This document shows positions 8,983-18,235 of a stretch of DNA of 64,000 nucleotides, piece by piece; within the stretch, counting starts at the first letter, position 1, and every line of letters starts with the position of its first letter. This stretch comes from a virus: positions 1 through 64,000 of IMG/VR virus record IMGVR_UViG_3300045902_000324; one strand, 5' to 3'. The notes beneath the pieces were generated by a model. The model made no database searches and was not told the DNA's origin. It saw only the letters and a program-made list of their open reading frames with translations. The position numbers were made by a program, and so were the translations under genes.

Positions 8983-9252
8983 TCAATACTTGCGGAACAC
9001 GTCGAACTCGGAGCGCAGCCGCTCAACTTCGTCACCAGGCGCGTAGCCGATTTGCTCACCACCTACGACCACAAGTTTCTGCACGGTGCCAGCTTCATCC
9101 GTCATCGGGACGATGCTCTCCACCTGCAATTCCAGCGCCCACGCAGGCTGGTGGAAAAGGGTTACGGGCGTGTTTTCTTCGAGTTCACCACTTTCCACTT
9201 GGTCGCGGAGTTCATCTGCCAGGTCGAGGAGGTCGGATACGGTGAATTTCAT
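8983..9252 (-). CDS. Hypothetical acidic protein
   Basis: Start MKFTVSDL at 9252; class I promoter 9280-9308. Confidence 0.65.
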   Translation of the reverse strand: MKFTVSDLLDLADELRDQVESGELEENTPVTLFHQPAWALELQVESIVPMTDEAGTVQKLVVVGGEQIGYAPGDEVERLRSEFDVFRKY

Positions 9253-9442
9253 TTTTATATCGATTAGGTTGATTTCTATATCGCAAGCTATGTGCGTCTT
9301 ATAGTCCAGTAAGTTACGGCGGTTCACTGGATGCTTAAAGACAGACGCACCCGCCTATGGCTGGCTGGGCATTGTCTAAGCGGCACATAGCAGGTATGGC
9401 GATGGAAGCAACTGACAAGCTTGGAACTGTGGAGAGAAGCCA

Positions 9443-10231
9443 ATGACCCGTCGGCGGCTATCCGCTCGGTGGCTCGACAAGGCTGGGCGCAACCACTACA
9501 ACATCAACGATTTCTTCCGACCCCCAACGGTAGGCGATTTCGGCATCCCACAGATGGAGCCATGCGCTTACGTACCAAAGCAACTCTTTCCATTCGACGA
9601 AAAGCACAAATGGCGCGAGGGACTGGGCGACTGCATCAGTTTTTTCTGCGACGACTGCGAGTTCGAGAACGTGTGGCTCCGCGCTAACAGAGATCCACAC
9701 ATGCCTGCGGTCATTGAGAAAATCGGATGCACCCTCACGCCCGACTTTAGTCTGTATCGAGACTGGGAGACGGCGGTACTAATCTGGCAAACGTACCGAA
9801 CTCGGTTTATAGGCAGCCTGTGGCAGTCGCTCGGCATTAATACTATCCCTACCGTGTCCTGGGCGACCCCTGGCAGCTACCGATACTGCTTCGACGGACT
9901 CCCTGTGGGGGGCAGTTTTGCGATCGCCACAGTCGAGCTGAACGATGCGAGGAGTGCAGGTATCTTCGTAGACGGCTACCGAGAGTTCCTGCATCGGTGC
10001 CAGCCGGATACAGTGCTGATCTATGGGCAGGGATTCAAGGGGCTGCTTGAGTCAGATGCCGAGCGGGTGGGTGCGCGTGTGGTTCGGTATCGTACTCGAC
10101 TCCACGAACTTCGCGTCAAGCAAGACCTGGCAAAAGCGAAGGCGGAAGAGAATGCGGATCAGCTAGGAGACAACAGCCGAAGCGTGAGGGTCGGGAGCAT
10201 GTCACGCTTTTTGGCGCAAACACAGAGGTGA
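9443..10231 (+). CDS. DUF4417 family protein
   Basis: FGIP, FFCDDCEFENVW, TPDFSLYRD, IPTVSW, CFDGLP, LIYG motifs. Confidence 0.85.
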   Translation: MTRRRLSARWLDKAGRNHYNINDFFRPPTVGDFGIPQMEPCAYVPKQLFPFDEKHKWREGLGDCISFFCDDCEFENVWLRANRDPHMPAVIEKIGCTLTPDFSLYRDWETAVLIWQTYRTRFIGSLWQSLGINTIPTVSWATPGSYRYCFDGLPVGGSFAIATVELNDARSAGIFVDGYREFLHRCQPDTVLIYGQGFKGLLESDAERVGARVVRYRTRLHELRVKQDLAKAKAEENADQLGDNSRSVRVGSMSRFLAQTQR

Positions 10232-10437
10232 AATCTATAACAAATTTTGAAAGATATGGTGCAGATATACAGGCTGGTTTCTTGGAGGCTGCAATCAACC
10301 AATTGGCACCAAGGGGCGATCGCGGTGCGTTAACCCGCAGGGCAAGTCGAGATATATTCACATTATTTCGGGCAGCGTCCCTGACGCCCGATCAATCCTG
10401 TCACGAACCAGCTTCAACGCTCCAACAAACCCAGTAG
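10228..10437 (+). CDS. Hypothetical protein
   Basis: GTGA overlap with the DUF4417 stop codon. Confidence 0.45.
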   Translation: MKSITNFERYGADIQAGFLEAAINQLAPRGDRGALTRRASRDIFTLFRAASLTPDQSCHEPASTLQQTQ

Positions 10438-10499
10438 TAAAAAGAATCATAAGGCAGTTATCAAGACTCACTTGATTTGGCAATTGGGCATAGTCCAGG

Positions 10500-11084
10500 A
10501 TGCGGCACCAAAAGATTCGGCATCACCACCCAGAGAAGCGCGGCGGTTCATCAACTGACGCAGGCGGCTCCGGTACGGGTGGCTCCACATCTCGCATCGC
10601 ACGGCTCAAGCAACTCGCCAAAGAACAGCTCTTGTCAGAGGACATGGCAGTAAACGTAGGCGGCATGGTGGGCAGCATTGTGGGTGGAGCGACTGCCGGC
10701 CCATTGGGATCGCTGGCTGGTGATATTGTTGGCGCGTTAACCGTTCGTCAAGCCGCCACACTTTCATCTGTGGGCATTGAGGCAGCAGACCGGATGCGGA
10801 ACCGACAAGACTTTCAACGCGCATCTCGCGTCAAAAAAGTACAGCTCATGGCGGCAGAGATCCGAAAGATTTACAAAGAGCGTGGGGAGAAGCTGGCGGA
10901 CGATGCCACAGGAGATATATCCGGCTGGGCGATCGGCAACCTGTCAGCGACCGTACTAGGTGCCCTGCCAGTGGTTGGCAAGATTCCGCTGACGGGTGCT
11001 GCCGTAGCGATGCTTACGGTTCCCAAGGTTGTCCAGGCACGGCGCAACTACTCAAATAGAAGACTTATAGCGGCAGGAGCCTAA
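10500..11084 (+). CDS. Glycine-zipper protein with PEKRGG leader
   Basis: MRHQKIRHHHPEKRGG; VGGMVGSIVGGATAGPLGSLAG glycine zipper; second hydrophobic segment. Confidence 0.75.
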   Translation: MRHQKIRHHHPEKRGGSSTDAGGSGTGGSTSRIARLKQLAKEQLLSEDMAVNVGGMVGSIVGGATAGPLGSLAGDIVGALTVRQAATLSSVGIEAADRMRNRQDFQRASRVKKVQLMAAEIRKIYKERGEKLADDATGDISGWAIGNLSATVLGALPVVGKIPLTGAAVAMLTVPKVVQARRNYSNRRLIAAGA

Positions 11085-11085
11085 C

Positions 11086-11616
11086 ATGCGTAACCAAAAA
11101 ATTAGACTGATGTATCCAGAGAAGCGTGGCGGTGGCTCTGGAACTAGAGGGGGTAGCTCAGGGGGCGGCGCTGCGGGTGGCAGTGGTGGGCGTCCTGCAT
11201 CCGCTGCGCCTGCGGCTGCGAGTCGGGCACCCGTCGGGGGTGGGACGGTATCGGCTCCTGCTGCTGCGAGTGCTGCTCCATCCACGAGGGCTACTCGATC
11301 GTCTAATGCGGAACGCATCTCAGGCATAATCAGGAGGCAGGTTACAGGATTCAAAGAGCGTCCTGTGGAAGCCCAGGTAGACGCCCTCAGAGCCGCCATT
11401 AATGATATGAGGGCTGTCCCTGGTAAAGGGCGTATTGGTAGCCCTGAGCGTGCAGCAGGGCAAGACCTGAACACCCTCTATCGGAACGCATCAATCAAGG
11501 CGCGAAACCAACTTGCCAGAACTGTCTCAAGCACTAAACACCCAAACGAAGCCGCGCAGGGTATCCTACGCGACTTAGCAGCTATTCGTAAGAAGGCGGC
11601 ACGCGGCAGGGGTTAG
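11086..11616 (+). CDS. Basic Gly/Ala/Arg-rich protein with PEKRGG leader
   Basis: MRNQKIRLMYPEKRGG; AGGAG RBS. Confidence 0.75.
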   Translation: MRNQKIRLMYPEKRGGGSGTRGGSSGGGAAGGSGGRPASAAPAAASRAPVGGGTVSAPAAASAAPSTRATRSSNAERISGIIRRQVTGFKERPVEAQVDALRAAINDMRAVPGKGRIGSPERAAGQDLNTLYRNASIKARNQLARTVSSTKHPNEAAQGILRDLAAIRKKAARGRG

Positions 11617-11717
11617 CAGGCAGCTTTAGGCACACCTAATGACTTGGTTTTCTTTTCGTACTTCTTTTTCTTGCTGGGCGACGTGGGCTTAGTGGCGGGC
11701 ATTTTTTTGGGGTTCAT
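11613..11717 (-). CDS. 34-aa lysine-rich peptide
   Basis: Manual translation MNPKKMPATKPTSPSKKKKYEKKTKSLGVPKAAC; GAGGA RBS and class II promoter at 11744-11752. Confidence 0.45.
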   Translation of the reverse strand: MNPKKMPATKPTSPSKKKKYEKKTKSLGVPKAAC

Positions 11718-11786
11718 AGAATCCTCGTCAGGTTTGTCGCCATACTATGCCCAGTGCTACGATCGAGCAAATCACGCGACGATCCA

Positions 11787-12212
11787 ATGAGCCAATCATC
11801 CAACACCACGCGCAGCCTGAAATCCTCCATACAGCGGTATTCGCCGTACCCGTCCGTTGATGTGGTCGATTGGCTCGGCTACCACATGCTTGGCAAAAAT
11901 CTGGTTGAAGTTTTCACCGTGGACGAGTTTCTAGAAGCAGGCATCAAGCCCACACTACTCGTCTACGACGGGGCCAAACGCATGGCTCAGGGGTTTCTAT
12001 ACCCAGATGTGTTTCTGGGCTTGGAGGGCGACAAGCTGGTGGGCTTTGACAAGTCAGCGAAGCAGTTTGTTGGACTGCTGAACGTGGAGGAAGACGCGAT
12101 CGCCGCAATCGATGAAGTTTTCTTTATCGGCACGTTCACAGCCGATGGCAAAAACTTTCAGTTCGTGCGAGGCGACCGAGACTTTGCGTGGGGTGAGGTG
12201 CTGGTCGCTTGA
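11787..12212 (+). CDS. Hypothetical protein
   Basis: ORF track; ATG at 11787. Confidence 0.6.
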   Translation: MSQSSNTTRSLKSSIQRYSPYPSVDVVDWLGYHMLGKNLVEVFTVDEFLEAGIKPTLLVYDGAKRMAQGFLYPDVFLGLEGDKLVGFDKSAKQFVGLLNVEEDAIAAIDEVFFIGTFTADGKNFQFVRGDRDFAWGEVLVA

Positions 12213-12403
12213 ATGAACAATGTTTCGACGGTATCAACAAGCCACCCAAAAACTTTTGCATCCAGTGTGGACAGGCAATCAAACCAAACCCTGTTTTGCA
12301 ATGGCGGGCGCACATCCCGACGGTCACGGCGGTCGGTTTGCAGATTGGGCAACGCGGCGGACTGATCGGATACGTCCACCGAGTCTGCCCGGTGCCTACG
12401 TAG
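12209..12403 (+). CDS. Small Cys-rich (Zn-ribbon-like) protein
   Basis: FCIQCG...HRVC; overlaps the upstream stop codon. Confidence 0.45.
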   Translation: MNEQCFDGINKPPKNFCIQCGQAIKPNPVLQWRAHIPTVTAVGLQIGQRGGLIGYVHRVCPVPT

Positions 12404-12432
12404 CTTGTCAGAATGTATCAAACAACTTTTTC

Positions 12433-12866
12433 TTATTTTTTGCCACTTCGCCAGCCCTCCCACTCTGCAATCCACCGCTGTTGCACACTGTCCGGTACAC
12501 CATGACTGCTGGGTGCAAGTTTTCCATCCTTGCGTATCACTGCCTCACAGTGAATTACATGCACCTGATACCCATAGTGCTGAGCCATTTCAATATATCT
12601 TTCTATAAATCCTGTGGAAGCAAACACATTGTGTACGGCAATCGTACGCATTCCGCGCTGCATCCAGTACTTTACAGTTTGTCGCACCCAAGAGTGCGCC
12701 ACACTGTGCGGTATGTCTGGGTTCAGAGTGCCATTTTTTAGGTAGCGCCCAGGATAATCATCAGCCGAAATATCGCGGCTCAACGGGTTCCACCAGGGGC
12801 ATATTTTTTCGCCAATGGTGTCTTTCCTGATCCAGAAACACCTCGAATAACATAAAGAGCTTTCAT
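12433..12866 (-). pseudogene. AAA_33-type P-loop kinase with a frameshift at an A6 run
   Basis: MKALYVIRGVSGSGKT from ATG 12866 (ATGA overlap with upstream gene) is out of frame with SADDY...HNVF...HGVP; the frames join at 12804-12809. Confidence 0.75.
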
Positions 12867-13174
12867 AGCAAGTGCCTTCGTTTCAACGACTTTCCCCTCC
12901 ACAGATGAGACTTTCGATCTAACTCGTACAACGCTCGACCTGTGGCATCTTTCGCCACACTCTCTGCAATGGCGATCGCCTGCGCCAGTTGAGCCGTGGA
13001 CAGGTTAGCCCAAGCGGGTGCCGGGACGCTCCGCCGCCAATCACCCTGAACCACGTTGTCCAGGATAATGCGACCGAAGCAGTGATTGAAGCGTATCTGC
13101 CAGCCGTGCTGCTGAGCCAGAGCAGGCAGTTCCACATCAATCCAATGACGGTACGTGGCGCGATCGTTCAGCAT
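12863..13174 (-). CDS. Hypothetical protein
   Basis: IRFNHCFGRIILD; class I promoter 13224-13253. Confidence 0.7.
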   Translation of the reverse strand: MLNDRATYRHWIDVELPALAQQHGWQIRFNHCFGRIILDNVVQGDWRRSVPAPAWANLSTAQLAQAIAIAESVAKDATGRALYELDRKSHLWRGKSLKRRHLL

Positions 13175-13298
13175 TATCCCATCTATGTCGTGGACAAATA
13201 GTCCTAAGTAATTCGATATCTGTATCGTATCCTTTTTAACTGCTAGTCGTCAATTGATACGAGATTGGGCAATATTTCTAACACTTCACGATTGCCCA

Positions 13299-14735
13299 GT
13301 GCCGACCAAACGGAAAATAATTGCTCCGCAGCGTGGCCCGCAGACGGAGTTTCTAACTTGTCCCGCAGACTGCGTATGGGCGGGCGGGTCTGCTGGCGGC
13401 GGCAAAACCTTCAGCACGTTGCTGGATGCGGTTCGCCACATCAACAATCCCAATTACGGCGCAACTATCTTTCGAGCGCAGCTCACTCAAATCACCGTTC
13501 AGGGTGGACTGAAGGACGCATCGCACCAGCTATACCCATACCTGGGCGGACGGTATGCGATCGGCAACTACCGTTGGACATTCCCACAGGGTAGCCGTGT
13601 GGACTTCCGCTATCTAGCCAGCTATGAGGACTGCTTGAAGTGGCAGGGGTCTGAACTACCGGCCATCTATTTCGAGGAACTGTCGCACTGGAAGCACGGC
13701 GACTCTTACTGGTACATGTTCTCGCGGAACCGATCAACCTGCGGCGTGCGCCCGATCATCCGCGCCACGATGAACCCTGCTGACCCCGACTCATGGATCA
13801 CCCAGTTCATCGACTGGTGGATCGGTGACGATGGCTTCATCATCCCGGAGCGCTCCGGCAAGATTCGCTGGTTCATTCGAGCTAACGATGAGTTTGTGTG
13901 GGCGAATGACCCGGACGATTTGCTGCGCTACAACATCCCGCCCAAGTCGTTTACCTTCATTCGCAGCAGTGTTCACTTCAACCAAAAATTGCTCAAGGTT
14001 GACCCAGGCTACCTGGCAAACCTACAAGCCTTGCCGCGCATTGACCGCTTGCGCCTACTGGAGGGCAACTGGAAGATCAAAGCAACTTCCGGTATGGTCT
14101 TCGACCAGACATGGTTCAAATACTGCGACTGGGAAGATCTGCCGTTCAACCCAGCCAAACCGGACAGGAACACTGCGATCGTTCGCTTCTGGGACTTTGC
14201 CGCCACGCAGCAGGACTATCGACCGCCGACCAAAGGAAGCAAGAAGGACGGGCCGTGCTACACCGCAGGCGTGTGGATGGCTTACCACATTCCCAACAAT
14301 ACGGTCTACATCCTGGACGTGAGTCGCAGTCGCCTGGGCCCGGCAAAGCTTGACCAGCATGTGGTGGATACTGCCAGCAATGACGGGTACTTGACCAAGA
14401 TCAGGACTGAGATGGAGCCGGGGTCGAGCGGCATTCGAGACGCCTATCACCTAACCGAGATGCTGCGCGGCTATGACCACGAAGCAGTGTCTCCGGCGGG
14501 TGACAAACTGGTGCGCTGCCGATTGCTGTCAGCGTGGACGGAACAGGGTAGGACGGTGTTGGTACACGCTAGCTGGAATAAACCGTTTGTGGACGAGCTG
14601 CACGGGGTGCCTGACGACAACCCGTACTGGGATCAAACCGACGCTGCCAACGGAGCGTTCGAGGCGCTGTACGACACCATCAGAATGCACTCGCCCACAC
14701 CTGTCTTCAAGACGGCGATCACCGCAGGCATGTAG
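13299..14735 (+). CDS. terL: Terminase large subunit
   Basis: PQRGPQ, Walker A GGSAGGGKT, Walker B IYFEEL, RATMNP, nuclease FWDFA and DQTDA; likely GTG start 13299. Confidence 0.95.
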   Translation: MPTKRKIIAPQRGPQTEFLTCPADCVWAGGSAGGGKTFSTLLDAVRHINNPNYGATIFRAQLTQITVQGGLKDASHQLYPYLGGRYAIGNYRWTFPQGSRVDFRYLASYEDCLKWQGSELPAIYFEELSHWKHGDSYWYMFSRNRSTCGVRPIIRATMNPADPDSWITQFIDWWIGDDGFIIPERSGKIRWFIRANDEFVWANDPDDLLRYNIPPKSFTFIRSSVHFNQKLLKVDPGYLANLQALPRIDRLRLLEGNWKIKATSGMVFDQTWFKYCDWEDLPFNPAKPDRNTAIVRFWDFAATQQDYRPPTKGSKKDGPCYTAGVWMAYHIPNNTVYILDVSRSRLGPAKLDQHVVDTASNDGYLTKIRTEMEPGSSGIRDAYHLTEMLRGYDHEAVSPAGDKLVRCRLLSAWTEQGRTVLVHASWNKPFVDELHGVPDDNPYWDQTDAANGAFEALYDTIRMHSPTPVFKTAITAGM

Positions 14736-14776
14736 CTACAGCGCCTTGCGATACACCCAGCCTCCACATTAATTTG

Positions 14777-15544
14777 TCAATCTATATAAGCAGCAATCTG
14801 ACCGACATTCAGCACGGTCGGCATCGCGCAGTCGCCAAACTTTTCACCAAATTCTCGCTCAAACCTGGTGCAAAACCCAGCACCATTGTGGATGGGCGGA
14901 AATCCAATAATTACATTATCTTGCGTGGGCCTGGCTGACTGTACCAGCGTAACGCCGTCCTGCTGGCGGAATAACCCAAGCGATTTCTGCTTTTCGACAA
15001 ACGTTTGAAGTTCCACATATGCGGCATCAGCAGCCTCTCTCGTCTCAGCCTGGCGAATCACCTTCCAGTGTGGCAAGTCATCGGTATTCAGCCAGAAGCT
15101 CATGCGGTTGCGCGGAATGCAGATAGGCAACCTGCCTAGAACGCGATAACGTCCATTCGAGTCGAACCCCTGAACCAGACGGAGCGGAGACATCTGGAAT
15201 CCGACAAACACGCCACAAACAAACTCGCCTGCTAGCCATAGATCGAGCATGGTCTTGAGCCACAGGGCTTGATTCGAGATCTGCGTGTGCCCATGCCTTT
15301 TGACGCCACCTGGCGGGTTGCATTGCACGACTGGAGTCGGGAACCCGTCAGGTGTTACCCAGGATTGGGACAAGCCGTTATCCGCTTCAGTAAAGAACCG
15401 GGCCGCTTCAACTAGCATGTTCGCTGCGTGGCAAGATGCTGGGTCAAGATCAATCGGGCCGCCACACACTGAGCGAGTGCAATCTGATACTGCGGGCGGA
15501 GTGTAAAACTCCACACTTTGTGAGCTGTGCTTTGCGCTGGTCAT
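14777..15544 (-). CDS. Phage DNA N6-adenine methyltransferase-like protein
   Basis: EFYTP, IDLDPAS, DNGLSQSW, CNPPGG (NPPY variant). Confidence 0.8.
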   Translation of the reverse strand: MTSAKHSSQSVEFYTPPAVSDCTRSVCGGPIDLDPASCHAANMLVEAARFFTEADNGLSQSWVTPDGFPTPVVQCNPPGGVKRHGHTQISNQALWLKTMLDLWLAGEFVCGVFVGFQMSPLRLVQGFDSNGRYRVLGRLPICIPRNRMSFWLNTDDLPHWKVIRQAETREAADAAYVELQTFVEKQKSLGLFRQQDGVTLVQSARPTQDNVIIGFPPIHNGAGFCTRFEREFGEKFGDCAMPTVLNVGQIAAYID

Positions 15545-15620
15545 GGGGCATTTTCTTTTTCTCGTAGTTCCATGTGAATGCTCTACGCTTCATGCTTCGC
15601 ATAGAAGCGTAGGATGCGCG

Positions 15621-15968
15621 TCACTCCTGGTCAATCGTGAGCTGATTTGCCCATCGCCTCTCCTCAGCCAGCCGTTTCCGCAGCGCGGCGATCGCGGCTT
15701 TGTGGCAGGGCGTGCAGAGTGTCCGCAGGTTGTCCAGCCCGCATTCGCCGCCGCCCTCCGCCACCGGGACAATGTGGTCAGCCTGCCACAAGCTCCCGCG
15801 CGGCGCTCCATACTGAACGATCGTCCAGCATGCCTGCTTCATTTGATCAGCAGACTTGAGTTTTCCATACCGACGAACCCGGTTTCCGTAAACATAGCGC
15901 TCTAACATGATCCGACCGGGTTTTGATGCAACAACGTGGCTCATAGAAAATAATTGAGTTTTATACAA
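15621..15968 (-). CDS. HNH endonuclease
   Basis: WQADHIVPVAEGGGECGLDNLRTLCTPCH. Confidence 0.9.
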   Translation of the reverse strand: MYKTQLFSMSHVVASKPGRIMLERYVYGNRVRRYGKLKSADQMKQACWTIVQYGAPRGSLWQADHIVPVAEGGGECGLDNLRTLCTPCHKAAIAALRKRLAEERRWANQLTIDQE

Positions 15969-16019
15969 GTTGGATGCCCGTTAGTAACGAAGTCAAACTC
16001 GACAGCAATTGAATCACAC

Positions 16020-16342
16020 TTACAAGCCCTTCCCGAAAATACATAGCCGGGTGCCTTCTCCTAAATCTGTAAAAGTGTGTAAAAACATTCCTCGACTTTT
16101 TTTGCAACACTTGGGGATGGCAAATTCTGTTGACTTTTTATGCTTCAATTTGAAACCTCCATCCAAATTTTTTAAGGCGATCCGGCGTTTCTTAATTCGA
16201 TACACATAACCTGGTTGCTCTGTCCGATAAACCTTTACGCAAACACGCGCCTCCTTGTGGACTGGCAATCGACAACCTCCCAGCCACAGTTGGTCAGCAT
16301 TTCGATATCAAACTCGTCGCAGGTCTTTCTGATATAACCCAT
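16020..16342 (-). pseudogene. Small early protein split by a frameshift near 16258
   Basis: MGYIRKTCDEFDIE...DCQST from ATG 16342 continues in another frame as KEARVCVKVYR...RIKKRRI; class I promoter 16370-16398. Confidence 0.55.
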
Positions 16343-16450
16343 ATTTGTGGTCTATTGATTCGTTTCTATATCGTAGCAATTATGCAAAATGTAGTCAATG
16401 AATTGATGTACTGAATTGCGGGTATATTTTCCTGAACGACGGAGACACCT

Positions 16451-18235
16451 GTGAAAAACAAGCGCGGCAAATTTCGGCTAAAGATCGGGGAAAACTACGG
16501 CGGCATCTACGGACGCAACCGACGCACCGAACAGATCGGCTGCAAGCAGGATGCCGCGTATCTAGACGAGACAAGCTGGGACTATTACACAGGAAAGACG
16601 GCCCCGTTCTACTCTGGCCCATTGCCTGCACCTGGCTCAGAAGACTACGCCGAAAAGTACGCAGAGCTTGAGCGAATATATCTGTCTGCCAATCTAATAG
16701 GAGAGTGCGTTCAGAGACACACATCCGCGCTGATTGGCAAGCCGTTCCACTTCACATTGAAGGGCAAGGATGGTCAGGAAATAGACGCTGGGAGGGTCGA
16801 TAAACCATACAGGCTGCTCCAGCAGTGGATCGAACACCAGCGCCAGCAAGTATCTTCCCAAGACTCAGACTGGGGCGACCCGTTTCGGGATGCAGTGATC
16901 CATGCGCTAGTCGATGGTCGTGGCTACCTACGCCTGTGGATGCCACGCCGCTTCCGGCGATCGCCCGACTTCTACAGGCGGATTGCTCTGCACAGCCCGT
17001 TACCTGGTTCCGTTCAGGTAGAGCGAGACAGCGACGGAATGCTTGAGCGCGTCAGCTACACTTTCGAGGGTGGAAGCCAGGAGCAATACTGGTTCGATCC
17101 TGATGAGGAAGGCGACGACCTAGAAGCAACCGACGGCGATGGCGAGTTCGGGGTGCCCAGCGCATCGTCCCCTGCCTACCACGACCTAGTAATCGAATCT
17201 TCCTACAATGCCAACGCAGATCCGTCTACGCCGGACACCACGCAAGTCGATATCTACCCACAGCTAAATGAGCGTTGGACAGTACAGGAGATACGCATCG
17301 ATCCTGTTGTGTGTGAGGATGTGAAGCGAGTGCAGAACTCCTGCAACTTAGCTTTGACCACGCTGAACATCAATATCCTGCTGGCAGGCTATCGCACCAA
17401 ATATTTCACTGGCACTCTTCCCCCAGGCGATTATGTGGACGACCCGGAGCGACCCAACCAGAAAATGTTCGTTCCGAATGGGGCACCATTTGTTACTGGG
17501 CCAAACAAGAACATCTTCCTAGCGGGCATCCCATACGGCGACCCTCGCCAGCCGTCGCTGACCACACCGGGCATGACAATTGAAGACCCTGTAAACGTGG
17601 ACACCTTCGAGCGAACCGTTCAGCTTTACCGCACTCTCATGTACGTGCTATTCGGTCAGGGCTTTTTGCTAAACGCGGGCGATGGGTCTATGTCTGGGGT
17701 CAGCCGCATCCACGTAAAGCAGGATTTTGTAATCTCGCTTGATCGTCACGTAAACATTGTGGAGGCAGCGATCACTGGTGTTCTAGAGTCCGTTATGCGT
17801 CTACTGGACGTAGACGGCGAGTTCGCAGACCTAACCCCTGTGGCACACCTCCGACCGTGGATCGGTAGCCTCCTGCCAGAGGAACGAGACATGATCATTG
17901 CCACGTACAAGGAGGGGTTGATGAGCCGCACAACGGCAATGGCACTACTCGGAGATGTGGATGACACACGGGCAGAATGGGAACTCATGCAAACGGAGCC
18001 ATCCGCGCAGTTCGATAAACTGATGGCTTTGCATGAGAAGGGTGTGATCAGCGACATGACGTTGCTGACCCGTTCCGGGTTATTCGATGAGAAAACCGCT
18101 GCTGATCAGTTGCAAGCCGCAGCAGCGGAGCGGACTGAGAGGATGGAACAGGCTCTATCTATGCAGCAGGCGGCATTACAACCCAGTCCGTTAGACGGCG
18201 ATACAGGCGACGTGTCTACACCCGAAAATGGATAG
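16451..18235 (+). CDS. Portal protein (putative)
   Basis: 594 aa after terL and before MuF; ALVDGRGYLRL, SGVSR, GLMSRTTAM patterns. Confidence 0.75.
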   Translation: MKNKRGKFRLKIGENYGGIYGRNRRTEQIGCKQDAAYLDETSWDYYTGKTAPFYSGPLPAPGSEDYAEKYAELERIYLSANLIGECVQRHTSALIGKPFHFTLKGKDGQEIDAGRVDKPYRLLQQWIEHQRQQVSSQDSDWGDPFRDAVIHALVDGRGYLRLWMPRRFRRSPDFYRRIALHSPLPGSVQVERDSDGMLERVSYTFEGGSQEQYWFDPDEEGDDLEATDGDGEFGVPSASSPAYHDLVIESSYNANADPSTPDTTQVDIYPQLNERWTVQEIRIDPVVCEDVKRVQNSCNLALTTLNINILLAGYRTKYFTGTLPPGDYVDDPERPNQKMFVPNGAPFVTGPNKNIFLAGIPYGDPRQPSLTTPGMTIEDPVNVDTFERTVQLYRTLMYVLFGQGFLLNAGDGSMSGVSRIHVKQDFVISLDRHVNIVEAAITGVLESVMRLLDVDGEFADLTPVAHLRPWIGSLLPEERDMIIATYKEGLMSRTTAMALLGDVDDTRAEWELMQTEPSAQFDKLMALHEKGVISDMTLLTRSGLFDEKTAADQLQAAAAERTERMEQALSMQQAALQPSPLDGDTGDVSTPENG

